A stretch of 64,000 nucleotides of DNA from IMG/VR virus record IMGVR_UViG_3300027907_000553. One strand, 5' to 3'. Positions within the stretch are counted from its first letter, which is position 1. The number at the start of each line of letters is the position of its first letter. The DNA comes from an uncultured virus (IMG/VR IMGVR_UViG_3300027907_000553). Lineage: Duplodnaviria; Heunggongvirae; Uroviricota; Caudoviricetes. The translations under genes were made by a program, and so were the position numbers. A model generated the notes under the pieces. That model was not told where the DNA came from, ran no database searches, and was given only the letters and a program-made list of their open reading frames with translations. Of this stretch, positions 57,561 to 64,000 are shown in pieces.

Positions 57561-57992
57561 ATGGCGTTTGCCCACCGGCCTCCTCCAAAAACTGCATATG
57601 CGCAGCGTGCCACCCCGCCGCCTTTACCGTATTGGGAAAAATGTATTCTTGCCGCGTATCTTCGGATGATGGGCGCCACTCAACTCGATGCAGCGCGTGC
57701 AGTGGGGCGGTCCTTACGCACGATTGCCACCTGGGAATCGCGTAAAGACCACTGGGCCTTGGCGCTTGCTGAAGCCCGCAAGCGCTGGCTTGTCGACCTC
57801 GAACACGCCTCCCGTGCGGCACTCCTGCGGACCATTAAAGAGGGCAATGGGCTGTTGGCGCTCCAAGTCCTCGAACGCATCGACCCCGAGCTGGCTCCCG
57901 CGAAGCAACGCCTTGATGTCGAACTGAGTGACGGGCTGGCCAGCCTCCTGGCTCAAGCGCGAAAGGCTCCCAATGGCGACACTCCTCACTGA
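57561..57992 (+). CDS. Terminase small subunit (HTH)
   Basis: HTH TQLDAARAVGRSLRTIATWE; overlaps the terL start. Confidence 0.7.
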   Translation: MAFAHRPPPKTAYAQRATPPPLPYWEKCILAAYLRMMGATQLDAARAVGRSLRTIATWESRKDHWALALAEARKRWLVDLEHASRAALLRTIKEGNGLLALQVLERIDPELAPAKQRLDVELSDGLASLLAQARKAPNGDTPH

Positions 57993-59430
57993 TTTCGTGG
58001 AGCCTGCGTCGGCCTTTGAGCAGTATCTCGAACTGCGCGACCGCTGGCGCGAGAACCCCGTCCTCTATGTCCGCCAACGCTTTGGTATGGAGCCCACGCT
58101 GCAGCAGTCCCAGATTCTGGAGGCCATCCTCCCTCCCGGCGCGAAAGTTTCGGTGCGCTCTGGGCACGGCATTGGCAAAAGTTCGAGTGCGGCCTGGGCG
58201 GTGAGTTGGATGCTCGAAACCCACGACTATGCCAAAGTCCCCTGTTCGGCTCCCTCCTCGCACCAGCTCCGCGACATTTTGTGGGGCGAACTCAGTAAGT
58301 GGCGCCGCCATGCGGATGCCCTCAGCGCCGCCCGTGGCGACCCGCCGCGCTTCTGGCTCTCGCGGCTTTTTAAACTCCTCACGGATAGTCTCGTAGACCC
58401 CAGCGCGAAAGAATGGGGCGCGTTTGCGCGCACGGCCCGCAAGGAAAATCCCGAGGCTCTCCAGGGCTTTCATGCGACGCATCTGCTCTTCGTCCTTGAT
58501 GAAGCCAGCGGCATGCCCGAAGAAGTCTTTGAGGCAGCAGAAGGGGCGCTCTCGACGCCCGAGGCCCGTGTCCTCATGCTGGGCAATCCCACCCGTACCA
58601 ATGGCACGTTCTATGCCTCGCATCATAAGGACCGGGGCAGCTATACCACGCTGCACTTTCGTTCGCAGGATTCTCCGCTCGTTGATGCGTCCTATCGGCC
58701 ACGCCTTGTGCAAAAGTGGGGCGAAGGGTCGAACGTGGTGCGTGTGCGTGCGGATGGCGAATTCCCGCGCCAGGCCGACGACGTGTTGATCTCCCTGGAG
58801 CTCACCGAGCCGTGTACGCAGCGCGATCCCCGGCAGGGCGATGGCCCGCGACGCCTCGGCGTGGACGTGGCTCGCATGGGGGCGGATCGTACGACCTTTG
58901 TCCTGCGCCAGGGCAGTACAGTACTGCATATTAAAATTATGTCCAAACAGGATACAATGGATACCGTTGGGCAGCTCATGACGCTGCTCGGTCCCTGGCA
59001 GGTGGATGAAATTGACGTGGACGTGATTGGCCTGGGTGCGGGTGTGTATGATCGCCTGGCCGAACTGAAGCGGCACGGCGGCATTGCGGCTACTCTTGTG
59101 CCCGTCAATGTGGCCGAGAAACCGCCGTCCGTCTTTCATCCCCACGAGGCCCGACCGCGCTTGCTGCGTGATCATCTCTGGCTCGAATGCGCGCAGTGGT
59201 TACGTGACGCCCAGCCCGTCTTTCAGGCACCGGACCGCAACGCCTGTGAGGATCTGGCGGGGGAGTTGGCGAGCGTGGGCTACCGCATTGATAGCCAGGG
59301 CTGTCTCGTCGTAGAAGACAAGGACAGCATGCGCAAGCGGTTAGGGCAGTCTCCAGATCTGGCCGACGCTCTGTGTTGCACATTTTGTTCCCCTCCACGC
59401 AGGAGTTTCGCCATGGAGATGCACATATGA
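57973..59430 (+). CDS. terL: Terminase large subunit
   Basis: RSGHGIGKS, LFVLDEASG, LGNPTR, LGVDVAR, SPDLADAL. Confidence 0.95.
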   Translation: MATLLTDFVEPASAFEQYLELRDRWRENPVLYVRQRFGMEPTLQQSQILEAILPPGAKVSVRSGHGIGKSSSAAWAVSWMLETHDYAKVPCSAPSSHQLRDILWGELSKWRRHADALSAARGDPPRFWLSRLFKLLTDSLVDPSAKEWGAFARTARKENPEALQGFHATHLLFVLDEASGMPEEVFEAAEGALSTPEARVLMLGNPTRTNGTFYASHHKDRGSYTTLHFRSQDSPLVDASYRPRLVQKWGEGSNVVRVRADGEFPRQADDVLISLELTEPCTQRDPRQGDGPRRLGVDVARMGADRTTFVLRQGSTVLHIKIMSKQDTMDTVGQLMTLLGPWQVDEIDVDVIGLGAGVYDRLAELKRHGGIAATLVPVNVAEKPPSVFHPHEARPRLLRDHLWLECAQWLRDAQPVFQAPDRNACEDLAGELASVGYRIDSQGCLVVEDKDSMRKRLGQSPDLADALCCTFCSPPRRSFAMEMHI

Positions 59431-60977
59431 GCGTCACTCTGCCTCACCCGGCCTATGCGGCCATGCTGCCCCTCTACCAGGACCTTCGTGCGGCGTACCT
59501 GGGCGAGGCGGCCGTGAAGTCTGCCCGGCCCTGGGGACTGTCCCAGCGAGCCGGGCGCAGTGTCCTCGATGGCACCCGTCACCTCCCTCGCCCTGCGGGC
59601 ATGCGCCGTGATGAGGCTTATATAGCGTACAGGGATAGACCAGCCTGGACAGCTGCTACGGAACATGCCGTGCACGGGATTACCGGCTCGGTATTCCGCC
59701 ACGAGCCGCAACTCGTAGGGCCTGCTGCCTTAGAGCCGCAACTGGCCGACATCACGCAGACCGGCATTTCGCTGCGCATGTTCTGTGAGCAGGCGGTGCG
59801 CGAAACCTTGCTCATGGGGCGCTTCGGGATCCTGGTGGACTTCCCTACGGGTGACGTCACGCCCGACGGCCAGCTGCTCCCCCCGCCGCCGCAGAGTCGG
59901 CCGTACTGGGTGGCGTATCAGGCCGAAGAGATTATTAACTGGCGGACCATGCAGCGCGGCGGCGATACGATCCTCTCGCTCGTGGTGCTGCGGGAATGTG
60001 TGCAGGTGCCTCAAGGCGTGTGGGGCACCCCCGACTTCTTTGTGGTCAAAGACCAGATTCAGTACCGCGTGTTGCGCTTGAATGAGGTAGGCCTGTACGA
60101 GGTGAGCCTGTGGCTGGAAGATCCAATTGGTCAGCGGACCAACGCCCAGGCGGCGACGCTCCAGCGCATGTGGATGCCGACGCGCCAGGGGCAACCGCTC
60201 GACTTTCTCCCGTTCTGCTTTATGGCGCCGTTCTCGCTCGAACCGACGCCCGAGAAGTCCCTGCTGGAGGGCCTCGTCCAGCGCAATTTCCTTAACTGGC
60301 GCCACAGTGCCGACTATGAGCATGCGCTCCACCTGACCGCCATGCCGCAGTTCTACATTGCCGCCAACATGGAAGCGCCTCCGGAGCTTTACGTAGGCGC
60401 CAGCTCGGCCCTCTTCCTCCCCGATAATCAAGCCAAGGTGGGGATCGTCGAGTTTCACGGCCAGGGCCTCCAGCCGCACGAGAACGCCCTCAAGGCCGAC
60501 TTGCAGATGATGGCGGCGATGGGCGCGCGGCTCCTCGAAGGCCCGCCTGAAACGCAGGAAACCGCCACGGGCGTGCAGTGGCGCATGGCGGGGAGCGATA
60601 GTCCCGTACAAAGTCTCGTGAGTAGCGTCAGTCAGGGGTTAACGTGGGCCTTGCAGGTCCATAACTGGTGGTCTGGGTTCAGTGAGGACGTCGATGACCC
60701 CATGGTCCATGTAAGCCTCAACAAAGATCTCATCTCGAATACCATGCAGCCGCAGCTTTTAACCGCGTTGATGGCTGCGCTGTTGAATGGCACGATTAGT
60801 TATGAGACATTTTATCATAATCTCCAAAAGGGTGAGATTGCGCGCCCCCTGGTACCCGTCGAGGAAGAGCAGGCCTTGATTGAAGACGAGCAAGCCCAAC
60901 GACCGCTCGTGATGCTGCCCCCAGGGCCAGGGTCTGTGCCACCGGGGCGCAATGGGGCGACGCGGCAGGTGGCCTAG
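59427..60977 (+). CDS. Portal protein (DUF4055-like)
   Basis: Follows terL; GRFGILVDFP, AEEIINW, WRHSADYEHALH. Confidence 0.88.
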   Translation: MSVTLPHPAYAAMLPLYQDLRAAYLGEAAVKSARPWGLSQRAGRSVLDGTRHLPRPAGMRRDEAYIAYRDRPAWTAATEHAVHGITGSVFRHEPQLVGPAALEPQLADITQTGISLRMFCEQAVRETLLMGRFGILVDFPTGDVTPDGQLLPPPPQSRPYWVAYQAEEIINWRTMQRGGDTILSLVVLRECVQVPQGVWGTPDFFVVKDQIQYRVLRLNEVGLYEVSLWLEDPIGQRTNAQAATLQRMWMPTRQGQPLDFLPFCFMAPFSLEPTPEKSLLEGLVQRNFLNWRHSADYEHALHLTAMPQFYIAANMEAPPELYVGASSALFLPDNQAKVGIVEFHGQGLQPHENALKADLQMMAAMGARLLEGPPETQETATGVQWRMAGSDSPVQSLVSSVSQGLTWALQVHNWWSGFSEDVDDPMVHVSLNKDLISNTMQPQLLTALMAALLNGTISYETFYHNLQKGEIARPLVPVEEEQALIEDEQAQRPLVMLPPGPGSVPPGRNGATRQVA

Positions 60978-60980
60978 GAG

Positions 60981-61178
60981 GTGTCTATGGCCAAGAAGAA
61001 GGTATCCTTTAAGACGGGGACCAAGGCCCGTGCCGCACGGGGAAAAGTTGCCGAACAACTCAAGCGTCGCGGCCTGCGCAAAGGCTCCGCGTTTGCCCTG
61101 GCGACGTATATCGCCAAGCGGGCCTCAGCGTCCGGGCGCAAACGCCTTGCTCGGCGTGGGTTACGCAAGAGGAAATAA
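60981..61178 (+). CDS. Small highly basic protein
   Basis: K/R-rich; AGGAGGT SD. Confidence 0.6.
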   Translation: MSMAKKKVSFKTGTKARAARGKVAEQLKRRGLRKGSAFALATYIAKRASASGRKRLARRGLRKRK

Positions 61179-62111
61179 GACGATGGCCTTGACCAGTATC
61201 GGACCCCAGGAGCGGCGCATTGACGTCGGGGGCGCTGCGGTCTTTCTGCATCCGCAGCTTACCGAGACGGGCGGGCTGCTCTTCCAGACGACGACGTGCA
61301 AGACGCAATGGCCCGCGCTGACCTGTACCTGCGGGTGGTATACGCTCGTGTGGCCGCCGCCGCCGCGCAATGGCGGAGAGCCCGGAGGGGCATCGTGGCT
61401 TGAGCAATTACGAGAGGAGGATCCCGATGGCAACGACGAACTTTGAGACCCTCCAAGAAGAAATACGCCTCCGCATGGCCCAGGAAGACCGCGCCTATGC
61501 GTTGCAGCGGCTGCTCATCACGTTTCGCCCCAGGGCAGATGCGCCCCAGTCCTATCGCCAACTCCTGGTGGACGTCCAGACGTGTGTCACCGAAGAACTT
61601 CAACAGCTAGGAGAGCCGTAGTGGAACCGTACGATCCAACGATGGAAGCCTTAATTGATGCGATGATCGAGGCGCTCGACCACGACGCGGACATGGCGCA
61701 GGGCTACGTCGACAAGCTGCGCCAGCTCGTGGTGACGCTCCAGCATATCCTGGCCGATCCCGAGAGCCACGAGGCGACGCCCGACCTGGAGCAGGCCATG
61801 CGCCAAGCACTTGGCCATCTCGATGCCAAGGCGGGCGATGCGGAGCTGGAATATCTCCAGGTGCTCCAGCGGCTCCAAGCGGCCATCGAGAAAGAGTTGT
61901 TTAAGTGGGCCTCGTCGATTGTCCAGCCAGCCGGATTTAGTGGCGAGATCCAAATCCCGGTGGGTGGCGGCGAATGGGAGCGGCATGACGAAGCCCTGCC
62001 GGAGACGAGTCGGTTGCGGCTGACGGTCTAGTGGTGGTACGGTTGCCTCGCGCCGATCCTCTGCGCGCGAGGCTGCTACCGCTCCGCGTGTGAAAGACTG
62101 AGAGGGAAGCG

Positions 62112-62324
62112 ATGCCGCATGACCGTGCCCAACAGCGCCGCGTCTTCGAAGAAACGATTGCCCGCGTGATGGCGGAGTACGCGCCTGCCGAGGATGTCAT
62201 GGTGGAGGCCAAGGCCCTGGACGAGACCGGGCAGTCGATCGTGGTGGCCCGCTATAAGCTGCACACCGATGGGCAGGTCGAGTGTTTCGAAGTGCTCGAT
62301 GAGGTCCTATGGCCGAGCCTGTAG
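62112..62324 (+). CDS. Hypothetical protein
   Basis: SD-like GAGGG upstream; co-oriented with head genes. Confidence 0.45.
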   Translation: MPHDRAQQRRVFEETIARVMAEYAPAEDVMVEAKALDETGQSIVVARYKLHTDGQVECFEVLDEVLWPSL

Positions 62325-62372
62325 CCAGGGCGGGCGGTAAAGGTGTCACTACCCTGGAAGGGATTGCAATCT

Positions 62373-63413
62373 ATGGCCGAGTCTTTGAATGCCCAGATCG
62401 CCGATGCCTTCACCGCCCGCTTGCTCCAGGTGGGCCGGGCCGAGACCCGCCAGCGCCAGGAGGCCTGGGCAGCCCTACTCTTGCTGGAGCAGGATCTGTT
62501 GCATGCCCTCCGCGAGGCCGATCCGGCACAGTTTAGCTTTCTCGTGGCGCGGCGGCGGGCCGTGCAATTCCTGATGCGCGATGAGGTGGACCCGCTCGTG
62601 ACCACGCGGTACGCGCAGATCGCTCGTGACGTGGACGCGTTTCTCATCGCCCTGGCCGAGCAAGAGGCTAGCGTCACTCGGCGTATCGTCAATACCGAGA
62701 CCGAGAGCCGGACGATCGACGACATGCCCAGCGAAGCGGCCTTGCGCCGTGCGGTGCGGCAGACGCTCATTCCCAGCCCGGCGACGCCGACCGACCTGAG
62801 TACCACGGGGGACGACTGGTGGGGCCGTGCGGCGGCCGGGGTGGTCACCCGCGTGGGCGATTCGCTGATGGTGGGGGTCAGCTTGGAGGAGCCGCTTCCG
62901 ACGCTCGTCGCACGGGTGCAGGGGACGGCGGCCAACGGCTTTCAGGACGGGATTATGGCCAAGGCCAAGGAAGACGCGGCGCGGCTCTTGCGCACGCAGA
63001 CGACCAATGCCGTCAGTGAGGCGCGCGTCAAGGTGGCAGATAGCAATGCTGGCACAGTACTGATTGAACATAGTGCGGTGCTTGATAGTAGAACTAGCAC
63101 TATATGCTTAGGGCGTCATGGCTTGCGCTATACCGTACCAGAGCACGAGCCTGTCAATCATAGCGTACCGTATCTGAATGGACCACCATACCACTATGGT
63201 TGTAGAAGTACCATGATACCAGTGGTTCCTGGAGGCGGACGTGTGCCGCAGGAGAGCGTGAGTACATGGCTTAGTCGACGGGACACGGCGTTTCAGGATG
63301 CGGTCTTAGGGCCAACACGGGCACGCATGTGGCGGGCAGGCACGCTTGCTCCACGTGCGCTGATCGACAGTCTCACGGGCAAGCCGTTGACGCTCGAGGA
63401 GTTAGGTGGATGA
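62373..63413 (+). CDS. Head morphogenesis protein (SPP1 gp7/Mu gpF-like)
   Basis: LLRTQTT, AVLDSRTSTIC, PPYHYGCRS, LTLEEL. Confidence 0.9.
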   Translation: MAESLNAQIADAFTARLLQVGRAETRQRQEAWAALLLLEQDLLHALREADPAQFSFLVARRRAVQFLMRDEVDPLVTTRYAQIARDVDAFLIALAEQEASVTRRIVNTETESRTIDDMPSEAALRRAVRQTLIPSPATPTDLSTTGDDWWGRAAAGVVTRVGDSLMVGVSLEEPLPTLVARVQGTAANGFQDGIMAKAKEDAARLLRTQTTNAVSEARVKVADSNAGTVLIEHSAVLDSRTSTICLGRHGLRYTVPEHEPVNHSVPYLNGPPYHYGCRSTMIPVVPGGGRVPQESVSTWLSRRDTAFQDAVLGPTRARMWRAGTLAPRALIDSLTGKPLTLEELGG

Positions 63414-64000
63414 CCACGCCTGCGGATTTTCGCCCGCGCTGTCGTCAGTTTCTGGCCGACCTGGAGGCGCTCTGTGCCCGCTATGCGGTCTATATCACCC
63501 CGTCAGGTTACGATATGCTGCAAATCTGGAATGCCTCCGTCGAGGATGCCGGGGGTTTTGATCTCGGAGCCATTGAAGATTGTACCGAGGAGGAACCGGA
63601 CGATGCCTCTGCTTAAGCCCTCGCTCCACGGGCAACCCGCTGACCTTAGAGGAATTAGGAGCATGAATGCGTCCACGCTCCTCGCACGCAATGAGATCAT
63701 GACGACGCGCGTCTTACAGGGCGAGACCTGTCGCCGGGTAGCCCAGGACTATGGACTGTCCGTTACGCGCGTGCAGCAGATTGTGCGGCAGACGCTCCAT
63801 CACGTCTGCTGCACCCAGGCAGTCAGCGAAGTCCCCCTCCTCCCCCTCGACATGCTGCGAGCGTATTATGCCCGCGAGAAAAGTTTGCGGGGGATGGCGA
63901 TGGTGACCGTGCCGCCGAGGCGCCCGCCCATGTTATTAGAGGAGTTAGGCGCGTGATCACCGACGCGTACCGCTTCCTCACCCTCCAGGGGGAACCGGCG

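Overview
GC-rich siphovirus-type phage or prophage, apparently circularly permuted. The tail module lies at 1-25 kb, a lysis-like region at about 25-27.5 kb, replication/recombination/methylation genes at 44-57 kb, and terminase-portal-head genes at 57.5-64 kb. A Trb/VirB-type conjugation module (TraF peptidase, VirD4, VirB2-6, VirB8-10, oriT, MOBQ relaxase) sits at 28-42 kb; no VirB11 or integrase is visible in the window. The standout is an antisense cassette in the tail operon (about 1600-3105): sigma70 promoter, RHH regulator, arrays of 5-nt units (constant trinucleotide plus variable dinucleotide), an HNH nuclease, a solo Cas7/RAMP-like protein and a third array. Read as NN-skip-NN-skip, the variable dinucleotides spell codon positions 1-2 of variants of two genes in this window, the tail chaperone (35/44 nt) and virD4 (26/36 nt). 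This suggests an RNA-guided system with a gapped, wobble-skipping code aimed at related elements. All protein family calls are from motif recognition by eye, not database searches.
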